Assembly (NCBI GenBank): GCA_900314865.1
Contig: OMWW01000007.1
Span: 9,917-73,916, forward strand
Reading direction: 5' to 3'
Source: an uncultured Erysipelotrichaceae bacterium
Lineage (GTDB): Bacteria; Bacillota_I; Bacilli_A; RFN20; CAG-826
DNA: 64,000 nt
This document shows positions 16,076 through 26,503 of this stretch, piece after piece. Each line of letters starts with the position of its first letter. The first letter of the stretch is position 1. The position numbers were made by a program, and so were the translations under genes. The notes under the pieces are model-generated. The model worked only from the letters and a program-made list of their open reading frames with translations. It was not told the DNA's origin and searched no databases.

Positions 16076-18172
16076 ATGAAAACATTAATATTAAAAGACT
16101 TAACAAAGTATTACAAAGTTGGAAAAGACAAAGTCTTTTATGCTTTAAGAAGGACAAATCTAGTATTTGATAATAACGGATTAGTTGTCATAGGTGGTAA
16201 ATCAGGAAGTGGAAAATCAACATTTTTAAATTTATTAACAATGATTGATAAGCCAAGCAATGGTCAAATTATCTTTAATGGTAAAAGATATTCTTCATTT
16301 AAGGAGAAAGATAAAAGAAGATTCTATAATTCAGAAATTGGAATTGTATTTCAAGATTATCATTTATTGAAAGATCAAACCGCTTTATATAATGTTGAAT
16401 TACCATTACTGATAAATGGAATTAATAAAAAGACAGCAACACTAAGAGCGAAGGAAGCACTTATAAAAGTAGGCATTGGAGAAGAATTACATAACTCTGT
16501 TGTTTCAAAACTGTCTGGTGGAGAATGCCAAAGAGTATCGATTGCTAGAGCAATTATAAATAATCCAAAAATTTTATATTGTGATGAGCCAACAGGGGCC
16601 TTAGATTCTAATAATTCTGTTAATGTTTTTGATATCTTAAAAACGTATAGTAAAAAGTGCTTGGTAATATGTGTAACACATAACCTACTATTAGCAAAAA
16701 AATACGCTGATAGGTTGATTGAATTATCAGATGGAAAAATAGTTAATGATGAAATAATAAAAGCTACTCCTGAAATTGTAATAGATAAAAAGAATAAATG
16801 TAGAAATGGGTCAAGTTGGATCAATAAATTGTTTCTTTCAAACTACAAGAAAAGAATAAAGAGAAATTTGTTTTGTGTTCTTTCTTTCACTATCTCTTTG
16901 ACCATGATGTATCTCGTCATGGGATTTGTCTCAAATAAGGATAGAGCCATAAAGGAATCTGTATTTAGGCAGCTAGATTTTGGTAGTGGTTTAATATCTG
17001 AAGAGGTTAAAACTTCTTCTTCAGGTTTACTGTCATTAACCAAAACAAATCGACCTAAATTGGATACGCTAATGTCGAATACCAAAATTAGTGAAAAATT
17101 TATTATTTCTCCAAACTTTTCGGCAATTTTCCCTCAAAATATTAAAATTCTATATCAAGATACCCCCGTTAGTGATATTGATGTATTACCTATTTATTCA
17201 TTTCAAAAAGACTATATCGATAAGACGCTTTTACTTTATGGGGAGATACCTAAAGAGGACAACTTAAAGAGTGTTGTTATAAACGAAGCAGCTTTAAATA
17301 TTCTTAATTCTCAGATTAATAAAAGTCCACTATATGAGAAGTTTAAAATAAAGAATCAACTAATAACATCTTATGTTGATGAAAATGAATTTGAAGTCAT
17401 AGATACTTTTACTTTTGATAGATACTTTGAAGTCAGTGGGGTTGTTAAAGAAATCAACTACTTGTCTAGACCTAAAATATATTATTCACATCTAGCGTTA
17501 GAAGAATATTTAAAGGAATATATTATTGATAATCTATCAACCTACAATGGTTATAAAACAACATGGTTTGATCGAATATTAAATACTGAAGATTTTTCTA
17601 TTTTATCTTCTTATTCTTACCGCTTATTTTTAAAAGACATTAAAGATCGTGAATCAGTATTTGAAGATCATTCATTTGGAAAGAATTTAGTATTTAACTC
17701 GCAATCTATTGTGCTGGCGGAATCGTTATTCAATTTTTTGCAAGTTGCAGAATATGGAATAATTTTGTTTTTTGCCATTACTTTTTTGGGCTCGATCTTG
17801 ATTTTAAGCATAATGTCCTTTGCAAATTATTCTGAAGATCATAAAAATAGTGCGATTCTTACTTCACTTGGTGCTTCTAATGATGACATCTCATCTATCT
17901 ATTTATTGGAATCGTTGCTTGATGGATTAATATCACTTATTTTATCAACCATCATTGCAATCCCGATTGTTTCTTTAGTTAACAAGTTCATTTATAAAAA
18001 GATTGATGTTTTCAACACAATAGCAATTCCGTTTGAGTCTTTTATGGGAATTAAATACCTTTTCCCAATTCTTGTAATCTTGGGAATCGTGTTTGTTTGT
18101 CTTTTTTCTACTATTCTTCCCATTTTGTTTTCCAAAAAGAAGTCACTGAAGGGAGAATTACAAACTTTATGA
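16076..18172 (+). CDS. MacB-type fused ABC protein (N-terminal ATPase + FtsX-like permease, ~290-aa external domain)
   Basis: Walker A GGKSGSGKST, signature LSGGECQRV, one TM helix, a long loop and three C-terminal TM helices. ATG 16076 is preferred over GTG 16061, which lies in the terminator stem. Confidence 0.8.
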   Translation: MKTLILKDLTKYYKVGKDKVFYALRRTNLVFDNNGLVVIGGKSGSGKSTFLNLLTMIDKPSNGQIIFNGKRYSSFKEKDKRRFYNSEIGIVFQDYHLLKDQTALYNVELPLLINGINKKTATLRAKEALIKVGIGEELHNSVVSKLSGGECQRVSIARAIINNPKILYCDEPTGALDSNNSVNVFDILKTYSKKCLVICVTHNLLLAKKYADRLIELSDGKIVNDEIIKATPEIVIDKKNKCRNGSSWINKLFLSNYKKRIKRNLFCVLSFTISLTMMYLVMGFVSNKDRAIKESVFRQLDFGSGLISEEVKTSSSGLLSLTKTNRPKLDTLMSNTKISEKFIISPNFSAIFPQNIKILYQDTPVSDIDVLPIYSFQKDYIDKTLLLYGEIPKEDNLKSVVINEAALNILNSQINKSPLYEKFKIKNQLITSYVDENEFEVIDTFTFDRYFEVSGVVKEINYLSRPKIYYSHLALEEYLKEYIIDNLSTYNGYKTTWFDRILNTEDFSILSSYSYRLFLKDIKDRESVFEDHSFGKNLVFNSQSIVLAESLFNFLQVAEYGIILFFAITFLGSILILSIMSFANYSEDHKNSAILTSLGASNDDISSIYLLESLLDGLISLILSTIIAIPIVSLVNKFIYKKIDVFNTIAIPFESFMGIKYLFPILVILGIVFVCLFSTILPILFSKKKSLKGELQTL

Positions 18173-20964
18173 TTGAATTTGTTAACGTTAGTAAAAGATA
18201 TGGTGGTCGAACAGTCCTTAAAAATGTCAATTTAAGATTACCAAGATATGGTTTAATTGCCTTTCACGGACCATCTGGATGTGGAAAAACTACGCTTTTG
18301 AATGTTTTGAGTTATCTTATAGATTTTGATGGAGACATAAATTTAGATGGGAAAAGCTATAAGCATTTTTCTAAAGAGGAGAAAGACTTATTAAGGAATA
18401 AAAAGATAGGTTTTATTTATCAGGACTACAAGTTGTTTGATTTTGAAAAGGTAAAAGATAATATCTTGCTATCTATTAACCTTAGTAGTGTCGATACTGA
18501 AAAAAAGAAATTAAAACGAATAAACGACTTATTGACCCTGGTTGGTTTAAAAGGAAAAGAGAATTCAAAAATTAATCAACTTAGTGGTGGAGAAAAGCAA
18601 AGAGTCGCTATCGCTAGAGCATTAGCGAACGCTCCTAATGTTTTACTATGTGACGAACCTACAGGTAATTTGGACGATAGCAATTCTATAAAAATTATGG
18701 AACTTTTAAAGCGTATAAGTGCGTCATCCTTAGTAATTATGGTTAGCCATGATGAAGAACTATGTAAGGATTACGCTGATCAAATCATTTATATGCTTGA
18801 CGGGGAGATTAAAAACATCATTTATCAAAACAAAACCGTACACGACAATTATCTTCCGGTTTTAAAACTCAAATATAACGATAAGAAGAGAAACTTGCCA
18901 CTTAAGTTTTTGTTCGATCACACCTTTAACTCTATTAAAAGAAGAAAATGGAGGACGATATTTATAACTATTTCTACTTCTTTAGGATTATTGGGGGTTG
19001 GGCTTGCAGTTTCATTAAAAGATGTCATCTCCGATAACCTTTATAGAAGCTATTCTTCCATTATTGATAGTGATAAATTAGTGGTCACTCCAAAGACACC
19101 GAATACTGAAAAAGACGTCGTTTCTGCGGCGTCTTATGATGAAGTTTTATCTTTCAAGGAGACTTATAGTGGTGTTTCAAATGTTGGAGTTTATTATTGG
19201 AATTTCAATAGTTATTTCCCTACTCAAGATTTCCTTTATATGGAGAATAAAAACAATTCCAGAAAACCATTAGGTACTTTTAATTCCACTCTTATAAATG
19301 AGTATGGGCTACTAAGTGAGAATAAATCCAAACTATATCCTATTAAACCAGAGTATATGACTAATGATGAAGTTGTTTTAGCTTTAACGATGAATGACAT
19401 TAACGATTTATGTTATCAATTACAAATTACTCGTTCAGTCAATAGCCTTAGTAACTATATGATCAATAACGACATTAATATCTCCTTTGCGTTTTCAAAC
19501 ATAAACTGGAATTATGCAATAGAAGTATCATTAAAGCTAAAAGCTTTCTCACTATCAAATAGACCTCTAATTTATCATACGAATACTTTTTGGAATGAAT
19601 ATATTTTTGAAAGCAAATGTCATTTAACATCCACAACTCTTCTTAACGTAAATACGGAAAGACCATGGGATTTGAAGAAGAGCTATTATCTTAACTTTGA
19701 AAATGGTAGAGACGAGTTCTTAATCGATAATCGTTTTTCCCAAAACAACAAGGCGTTTGATTTTGAACTATTAGATAAGAAATATTATCCAAGCCTTTTA
19801 ATGGATGAACATCCGTTTAATTGCAATCGCGTCTCTGTCATTAAAAGAACGAACAAAGATGATATTCCTTCTTATTTAGGAGAATATTGTAAAAAAGCAT
19901 CTAATAATATTACTGATTTGATATATGGAAGTGACGCTGGATATTCGATTTATGAAGAAAGTTTAATGATGGGATTCTCTCGATTAACTTATCTTACTAG
20001 TGATGAGATGGAAGCATATGACATAAGCGATAGGATGAGTTACATAAAATATGAAGATGCTTTTAACTACAACGTTCCAGAAAATATATTAGAAGGACAC
20101 TTCTCAAAAAGTTTTAATAATGGACTTGTTTTTGAACCCCTTCATCAACTGATTACAGGTAGGGAACCCGTTAATTTTCAAGAAATAGTGGTTTCTTCTT
20201 CTCTTGTAAATAAGCTCAAAATATCTAGTCCAATCAATAGTTCGGTCTATTTTTCTTATCCTATAAAAGAGATTCTTCTTCCTAATGGATATTTATCTAG
20301 AGAATATGAAACGATCTGTTTGAAAATTGTCGGTATATCTAATAGCGGCAAGCTTTCAATTTCCCACAAGGAATGTTGGTCTATTTTATTCTTTCAATCG
20401 ATGCTTGGGATATCGTGTTTCAATCTAAGAATTAATAGTTTGGCGGTAAGAGTAAATGAAGGTAGTGAAGATCTTGTGATTAATAAAATCAATCGCGCCT
20501 TTCCTCAGCTACATGTTACCGCTCCTTTAAAAGAAGTGAAGGGAAGCATAGATAAGATTTGTGACTATATTGAAAACATCATGCTTGCAGTATCAATTAG
20601 TAGCGTGATTATTGCTTCTCTTATTTTGATTATTTGTAATTATCTTCACTTTGTGGAAACCAAAAAAGATATTGGGCTAGTTAGATGCTTAGGAGTGAAA
20701 GAAAAGGAGAGCAGAAAATTTATATATTGCCACTCATTTGTGATGACTCTATTATCGTTTGTTTTTGCAAGTCTTGAGTTGCTTTTAATTATCTTGTTTT
20801 TATCAAAGTCGCTTTCTTCGTCTCTTAATATTGAAAGTGTCTTTGTTTTCAACCCAATATCACTTTTATATATGTTTGCTCTATGCATTACTATATCTTT
20901 GATTTCCTCTATTCATCTTTCTTTTAAAACTTCTAGACTCGACCCTTTAGAATGTTTAAGATAA
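18169..20964 (+). CDS. MacB-type fused ABC protein (ATPase + FtsX-like permease, ~530-aa external domain)
   Basis: Walker [10 protein letters not shown] and signature [13 protein letters not shown] start/stop overlap with the upstream gene. The ORF-track start at 18097 is an in-frame extension inside the previous gene. Confidence 0.8.
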   Translation: MIEFVNVSKRYGGRTVLKNVNLRLPRYGLIAFHGPSGCGKTTLLNVLSYLIDFDGDINLDGKSYKHFSKEEKDLLRNKKIGFIYQDYKLFDFEKVKDNILLSINLSSVDTEKKKLKRINDLLTLVGLKGKENSKINQLSGGEKQRVAIARALANAPNVLLCDEPTGNLDDSNSIKIMELLKRISASSLVIMVSHDEELCKDYADQIIYMLDGEIKNIIYQNKTVHDNYLPVLKLKYNDKKRNLPLKFLFDHTFNSIKRRKWRTIFITISTSLGLLGVGLAVSLKDVISDNLYRSYSSIIDSDKLVVTPKTPNTEKDVVSAASYDEVLSFKETYSGVSNVGVYYWNFNSYFPTQDFLYMENKNNSRKPLGTFNSTLINEYGLLSENKSKLYPIKPEYMTNDEVVLALTMNDINDLCYQLQITRSVNSLSNYMINNDINISFAFSNINWNYAIEVSLKLKAFSLSNRPLIYHTNTFWNEYIFESKCHLTSTTLLNVNTERPWDLKKSYYLNFENGRDEFLIDNRFSQNNKAFDFELLDKKYYPSLLMDEHPFNCNRVSVIKRTNKDDIPSYLGEYCKKASNNITDLIYGSDAGYSIYEESLMMGFSRLTYLTSDEMEAYDISDRMSYIKYEDAFNYNVPENILEGHFSKSFNNGLVFEPLHQLITGREPVNFQEIVVSSSLVNKLKISSPINSSVYFSYPIKEILLPNGYLSREYETICLKIVGISNSGKLSISHKECWSILFFQSMLGISCFNLRINSLAVRVNEGSEDLVINKINRAFPQLHVTAPLKEVKGSIDKICDYIENIMLAVSISSVIIASLILIICNYLHFVETKKDIGLVRCLGVKEKESRKFIYCHSFVMTLLSFVFASLELLLIILFLSKSLSSSLNIESVFVFNPISLLYMFALCITISLISSIHLSFKTSRLDPLECLR

Positions 20965-21032
20965 TTTCTCTTTTAATAAGAGAGCTATTCTAATATAATT
21001 TACTTTGATAAAATCAAAAGGATATATTAAAA

Positions 21033-22148
21033 ATGGGATTAAAAGCTGGAATTGTTGGACTACCTAATGTTGGAAAATCCACTTTATTTAATGCGATTAC
21101 AAATTCACATGTTGAAGCCGCTAATTATCCATTTGCCACAATCAATCCAAACACCAGAATTGTTGCTGTTCCTGATGAAAGATTAGACTTTTTAGTTGAT
21201 GTTTTTAAACCAGAGAGAACAATTCCTGCAACGATTGAGTTTTACGACATTGCCGGATTAGTTAGAGGTGCTTCCAAAGGTGAAGGACTAGGAAATCAAT
21301 TTCTATCACACATTAGAGAATGTGATGCGATTGTTGAAGTAGTTAGATGTTTTAATAACGCTGACATCATCCACGTTGAAGGTAGTGTTGATCCAATTAG
21401 AGATATTGAAGTTATTAACCTTGAACTCGTTATGGCGGATTTAGATACCGTTACTAAACGTATAGAAAAGATTGAAAACAAAGCTCGCATTTTAAAAGAT
21501 AAGGACAGCGTCATGGAGATGAGCGCTCTTACTCCTTTAAAAGAAGCTCTTGAAAGTGGACTTGCGGCTAGAACCATTCACTTAACTTCCGAACAAGAAG
21601 AAGTTGTTAAGAACTATCATTTATTAACCAAAAAATCGATTATATATGTCGCTAATGTGGCAGAAGAAGATTTGATGGATATTGATAATTGTGAACTTTA
21701 TAATCGCGTCAGAGAATACGCTGCTAAAGAAGGAAACGAAGTTATTCCAGTGAGTTGCGAAATTGAAAGCCAACTTTCTGAACTTCCAAAAGAAGAAAGA
21801 AGTGAATTCTTAAAAGATTTAGGTATGTCTGATAGCGGACTTTCTAGATTAATTAAAGCTACTTATAAATTGTTAAATTTATCTACATTTTTTACTGTTG
21901 GTGCTGATGAATGCCGTGCGTGGACATTTACAAACGGAATGAGTGCCCCTAATTGTGCTGGTATTATTCATACAGACTTTGAAAGAGGATTTATCTGCGC
22001 TGAAGTATATACTTATGAAGCAATTCATGAGCTTGGTAGTGAAGCCGCTGTAAAAGAAAGCGGAAAATTAAGAACTGAAGGAAAAGGATATTTCCCAAAA
22101 GATGGAGATATCATGTTCTTTAAATTTAATGTTTCAGGTAAGAAATAA
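21033..22148 (+). CDS. ychF: Ribosome-binding ATPase YchF
   Basis: GLPNVGKST, TGS-like C-terminus, full-length YchF sequence. Confidence 0.93.
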   Translation: MGLKAGIVGLPNVGKSTLFNAITNSHVEAANYPFATINPNTRIVAVPDERLDFLVDVFKPERTIPATIEFYDIAGLVRGASKGEGLGNQFLSHIRECDAIVEVVRCFNNADIIHVEGSVDPIRDIEVINLELVMADLDTVTKRIEKIENKARILKDKDSVMEMSALTPLKEALESGLAARTIHLTSEQEEVVKNYHLLTKKSIIYVANVAEEDLMDIDNCELYNRVREYAAKEGNEVIPVSCEIESQLSELPKEERSEFLKDLGMSDSGLSRLIKATYKLLNLSTFFTVGADECRAWTFTNGMSAPNCAGIIHTDFERGFICAEVYTYEAIHELGSEAAVKESGKLRTEGKGYFPKDGDIMFFKFNVSGKK

Positions 22149-22627
22149 TGGATTATCGTGTTGGTTTTAGTAAAGACATTCACCAATTAGTGGAGAATAG
22201 AAAACTTATCATCGGAGGTGTGGTTGTTCCTTTTGATAAAGGAGAACTCGCCCATAGTGATGGTGATGTTTTATATCACGCTTTAGCGGAATCAATTTTA
22301 GGCGCGCTTGCACTAGGTGATTTAGGAACCCATTTCCCTGATACATCTATCGAAACACAAAATATGGATAGTAGTCTAATCGTTAAAAAAGTTGTCCGAA
22401 TGATGAAAAGCAAAGGATACAAAGTTAACAATGTTGACATATTCGTTTCTTTAGAAAAACCAAAACTAAAAGATTACATCGATATGATGAAACAAAATAT
22501 TGCCTCTTTACTTGAAATTGAATTGTCTCAAGTTTCTGTTAAAGCTGGCACTAATGAAAAGTTGGGTCTCGTTGGAGAAGGAAAAGCAATTGAAGCTACT
22601 TCGATGATCCTTCTTAAAAAGGAATAA
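22148..22627 (+). CDS. ispF: 2-C-methyl-D-erythritol 2,4-cyclodiphosphate synthase
   Basis: GFSKDIH...HSDGDVLYHA...LGDLG motifs. Confidence 0.9.
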   Translation: MDYRVGFSKDIHQLVENRKLIIGGVVVPFDKGELAHSDGDVLYHALAESILGALALGDLGTHFPDTSIETQNMDSSLIVKKVVRMMKSKGYKVNNVDIFVSLEKPKLKDYIDMMKQNIASLLEIELSQVSVKAGTNEKLGLVGEGKAIEATSMILLKKE

Positions 22628-22663
22628 AATTATTGCTAATTAATTAGTAATAAGTATAATGAA

Positions 22664-24292
22664 ATGTTCGATATGGAAGTCAAAGAATTATTGAAAATCA
22701 AATTAGTGGACGCTCTTGAGAAAATAGGAGTCTCTTTAACCACTAACGATATTGTTGTTGAAGACTCAAAAGACAAAACACATGGAGACTATGCTTCTAA
22801 TGTTGCTTTAAAATACGCTCGTAATTTTGGCAAAAACCCTAAAGAAGTCGCCTCTTTAATCGAAAACGAACTTGATAAAGAAGGTATTGACCACATTGAA
22901 ATTGCGGGTCCTGGATTTATCAATTTCTATATGAAAAATGATAGTCTCACCAGTGTCGTTTCTAAGATTATCAAAGATGGAGATAACTTTGGCAGAAGTG
23001 AAAAGAAAAACATCAAAGTAAATGTTGAATTCGTTTCCGCTAATCCAACTGGTGATCTTCATGTTGGCCATGCTAGAGGTGCAGCGATTGGAGATGCCAT
23101 TAGTCGTATCTTAACTTTTGATGGTTATGACGTTACACGTGAGTACTATATCAATGATGCTGGTAATCAAATTGATCATTTAGGTGAATCGATTGAAGCA
23201 AGATATAAAGAAATTCTAGGCTTGCCATTTGAACTTCCTGAAGATGGATATCACGGCGAAGATGTTAAAATCGTGGCTCAAAAAATCTATGAAGAAGTTG
23301 GTGACAAGGCTTTAAACTTTGAAGACCCAATGAAATTCTTTAAAGAAAGAGGCATGGAACTAGAATTAGACAAGATTAAAGAAGACCTTGCTAAATTCAA
23401 CATTGTTTTCGATGTTTTTAGTAGCGAAAAGGCAATAAGAGCTAATAACGCGATTGAAAAAGAAATCGAATATCTTGGTGACAATGTATATGAAGATGGT
23501 GGCGCGAAAGTTTTAAGAACCACTGATTATCTTGATGATAAAGATAGAGTCATTGTTAAAAGCAATGGCGAATATACATATTTCATGCCAGATATTGTTT
23601 ATCACGTGAATAAACTTTCTCGTGGTTTCGATCTTTTAATCGATGTTCTTGGCGCTGACCACCATGGTTATATTAATCGTATGAAGAGTGCACTCATGAT
23701 GCACGGATATGATAAAGATGTTCTTGAAATCGAACTCATCCAAATGGTGAGGATGATGAAGGATGGAGAAGAATTTAAACTCTCTAAACGTACGGGTAAT
23801 GGATATACATTACGCGAATTATGCGAGGATGCAGGAGTTGACGCAGCACGTTACTTCTTTGTGATGAGGGCTGCTAGTGGTCACCTTGATTTTGACCTTG
23901 ATTTAGCAGTTAAACAAAGTAGTGACAATCCTGTGTATTACGCTCAATATGCTCACGCTAGACTTTGTTCTGTTTTAGCTCAAGCTAACGATATTAAGGT
24001 TGATGAAAGCGGTTCTTTATTAAAAGAATTTAGTGAACTTGAACTTGTAAAAAAACTTGCTTCTTTCCCTGATATTGTTAAGACTGCTTCCAAAGAAAGA
24101 GCACCATATAAAATTACTAACTACATTCATGAATTAGCGGAAAAAATTCACTCATTCTACACTGAATGTCGAGTTATAGATCGAGATAACTTAGAAGTTA
24201 CCTCTGCTAGATTGGGCTTATGCTTAGCTAGCAAAATTGTATTAAAAAACGCACTTACTCTTGTTGGAGTTTCTTCACCAAGTAAGATGTAA
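22664..24292 (+). CDS. argS: Arginine--tRNA ligase
   Basis: Class I HIGH-type motif (HVGHARGAAIGD) and DALR anticodon-binding C-terminus. The start may be ATG 22673. Confidence 0.93.
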   Translation: MFDMEVKELLKIKLVDALEKIGVSLTTNDIVVEDSKDKTHGDYASNVALKYARNFGKNPKEVASLIENELDKEGIDHIEIAGPGFINFYMKNDSLTSVVSKIIKDGDNFGRSEKKNIKVNVEFVSANPTGDLHVGHARGAAIGDAISRILTFDGYDVTREYYINDAGNQIDHLGESIEARYKEILGLPFELPEDGYHGEDVKIVAQKIYEEVGDKALNFEDPMKFFKERGMELELDKIKEDLAKFNIVFDVFSSEKAIRANNAIEKEIEYLGDNVYEDGGAKVLRTTDYLDDKDRVIVKSNGEYTYFMPDIVYHVNKLSRGFDLLIDVLGADHHGYINRMKSALMMHGYDKDVLEIELIQMVRMMKDGEEFKLSKRTGNGYTLRELCEDAGVDAARYFFVMRAASGHLDFDLDLAVKQSSDNPVYYAQYAHARLCSVLAQANDIKVDESGSLLKEFSELELVKKLASFPDIVKTASKERAPYKITNYIHELAEKIHSFYTECRVIDRDNLEVTSARLGLCLASKIVLKNALTLVGVSSPSKM

Positions 24293-24307
24293 AGAAGGGA
24301 GACATAT

Positions 24308-24706
24308 ATGTCAAAATCATTAATTGAAATTGCTTATGAATTTGTTTCAAAAAGCAAAACACCAGTCCACTTTGATGATATTTGGAATCATGTAAAAAAA
24401 GAAGCTGGTTTAAGTGAAGAAGAAGCAGCAAAAAAAGCTGGTCAATTCTTTACCAACGTGATGCTCGATGGTCGTTTCGTCACCTTAGGTGAAAATGAAT
24501 GGGATCTCAGAGAAAGACACACCTTTGATAAAGTCCACATCGATATGAGAGATGTTTATAGCGATGTGCAAACTACTGATGAAGATAGTGAAGAAGACGA
24601 GGAAGAAGAATACAACAAAGTCTTTGATGAATCAAAAGATGAGGAATCTGATGCTTCTGAAGAAGACGAGAATAAAGACGATTCCGCCGAAGAAGAAAAC
24701 TTCTAA
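24308..24706 (+). CDS. rpoE: RNA polymerase delta subunit
   Basis: HARE-HTH-like N-domain plus a highly acidic D/E tail. Confidence 0.8.
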   Translation: MSKSLIEIAYEFVSKSKTPVHFDDIWNHVKKEAGLSEEEAAKKAGQFFTNVMLDGRFVTLGENEWDLRERHTFDKVHIDMRDVYSDVQTTDEDSEEDEEEEYNKVFDESKDEESDASEEDENKDDSAEEENF

Positions 24707-24714
24707 TATTTGTT

Positions 24715-25668
24715 ATGTTTAAAAAGATTATTGAACAAATTGAAAAATACGATTCGATAGTCATATTTGGTCATGTTAATCCAGACGGAGACTGTTATGG
24801 CGCTCAAGTGGGATTAAGAGAAATTATTAAAGCTCTTTATCCTGAAAAGAAAGTTTATTTAGCAGGTACTGGTTGTCCAAGATTTTTCAAAATCCTTCCA
24901 AAAACTGATTTAATTAGAGACGATGTTATTGAATCATCTTTAGCAATTCTAGTTGATGCGAATGATTTAAGTAGAATGGAAGACTCTAGAATCCGTAACG
25001 CTAAGGCGTGGTGTAAGATTGACCATCATATTGATACTGGTTCTTTTGTCGAAGGACCACAAGTTGTTGATATTAACGCCAATAGTGCTTGCGATATCCT
25101 CACCCGTATGGCCATAGAATGTAACATCAATATTTCTCCTACTGGAGCTACCGCGTTATATCTTGGCATTCTTACTGATTCAGCAAGATTCCAATTTGTT
25201 ACCGATTATGTTTCTACATTTAAAAGAAGTGAATACCTTGCTAGATGTGGAGCAGATATCAAAACACTTAATGTTTTACTTGCTAAAACAAATGAGAATT
25301 CTTTAGCTGCAAAAGGTTATATCTTAACTCATTACAAAAAGAGTGAAGAGGGTGTTATTTATATCGTTTACACGAAAGAAACCTTACGAAATTTACATTT
25401 GAGCACTAATGATGCCTCAAATATGATTAACCTTTTAGGCAATGTTGAAGGTTATCCAATTTGGTGCTCTTTTGCTGAATATAGTGATGGCAAAGTTCGT
25501 GTTGAGATTAGAAGCAATGGCCCTATAATTCAACCTTGTGCCGCTCGCATTGGTGGTGGTGGACACGCCCAGGCAAGTGGAGCACAACTTGAAAAACTAG
25601 ATTACAAAGTAATTGATGACGTCATTGAAGATTTGAATAACACTCTAAGAGAATGGAGGAAATCCTGA
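24715..25668 (+). CDS. nrnA: DHH/DHHA1 phosphoesterase (NrnA-like oligoribonuclease/pAp phosphatase)
   Basis: GHVNPDGD, DHH (KIDHH) and GGGGHAQASG (DHHA1) motifs. Confidence 0.8.
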   Translation: MFKKIIEQIEKYDSIVIFGHVNPDGDCYGAQVGLREIIKALYPEKKVYLAGTGCPRFFKILPKTDLIRDDVIESSLAILVDANDLSRMEDSRIRNAKAWCKIDHHIDTGSFVEGPQVVDINANSACDILTRMAIECNINISPTGATALYLGILTDSARFQFVTDYVSTFKRSEYLARCGADIKTLNVLLAKTNENSLAAKGYILTHYKKSEEGVIYIVYTKETLRNLHLSTNDASNMINLLGNVEGYPIWCSFAEYSDGKVRVEIRSNGPIIQPCAARIGGGGHAQASGAQLEKLDYKVIDDVIEDLNNTLREWRKS

Positions 25669-25669
25669 T

Positions 25670-26458
25670 ATGTGGGAAAAAGAACTTCAAGAAGCAATTA
25701 AAGCTGGTTTAAAAGCCAAAGAAAAGATTATGGAGATTTACGCTCAAGGATTTGATGTTGAAATTAAGAGTGATAATTCCCCAGTTACAATTGCTGATAA
25801 GACCGCTGATCAAATTATTAGAGATCACCTTCATAAAGCGTTTCCAAATCACGCTTTCTTAACCGAAGAAAGTACTGATAATTTAGATAGACTTAACAAT
25901 GACTATGTTTGGATTGTTGATCCAGTTGATGGCACCAAGGATTTTGTTGCTAAAGACGGACAATTCACAACAAACATTGCTCTAGCTTATAAACATAAAT
26001 TGGTTGTGGGTGTTGTTATTGCTCCAGCGTTAGATGAAATGTATTTCGCTAGTGAGAATAATGGTTCCTATTTCCAAAAACTTGGTGAAGAGCCAATTAG
26101 AATTCACGTCAATAACAAAATAGACGATTTAACTATGTTAACAAGCGTCTTCCACTTTACAGAGGATGAGCAAAAATTCATCGAAAAACACGCTGATGTT
26201 ATTAAACATGTTATGAAACGTGGAAGTTCCTTAAAACCATGTGCGATTGCTCATGGGTTAGCAGAAGTGACTTTTAGGAGCTCACCTAACACCAAAGAGT
26301 GGGATACCGCAGCGTGTCAAATCGTTGTTACTGAAGCTGGCGGGATCTTTGTGGAGCCAAACGGCAAAGAAATTACTTATAACCGTGAAGATGTATATAA
26401 TCGTAATGGTTATATTGTCACCAACTCAAAAGAAAATCTTGAGAGATTTATCAAATAA
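25670..26458 (+). CDS. Inositol monophosphatase/CysQ-family phosphatase
   Basis: WIVDPVDGTKDF and WDTAAC motifs. Confidence 0.8.
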   Translation: MWEKELQEAIKAGLKAKEKIMEIYAQGFDVEIKSDNSPVTIADKTADQIIRDHLHKAFPNHAFLTEESTDNLDRLNNDYVWIVDPVDGTKDFVAKDGQFTTNIALAYKHKLVVGVVIAPALDEMYFASENNGSYFQKLGEEPIRIHVNNKIDDLTMLTSVFHFTEDEQKFIEKHADVIKHVMKRGSSLKPCAIAHGLAEVTFRSSPNTKEWDTAACQIVVTEAGGIFVEPNGKEITYNREDVYNRNGYIVTNSKENLERFIK

Positions 26459-26478
26459 AGCATCTATGATGCTTTTTT
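26459..26478 (+). terminator. Intrinsic terminator
   Basis: AGCATC/GATGCT stem followed by T5. Confidence 0.7.
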
Positions 26479-26503
26479 GTTTAAGGAGAAGATTATGTTT
26501 GAC

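Noticed and set aside
16375-16824. 149-aa (-) ORF, and similar antisense ORFs inside long genes (for example 34094-35098 and 53734-55218).
   Set aside because: They are fully nested antisense within well-supported genes, with no ribosome-binding site and low-complexity or biased composition typical of shadow ORFs in AT-rich DNA.
22630-22655. 24-bp near-palindrome TTATTGCTAATTAATTAGTAATAA before argS.
   Set aside because: It is entirely A/T-rich with one mismatch, it does not resemble an ARG box or T-box, and a sequence like this is expected by chance in a genome of this composition.
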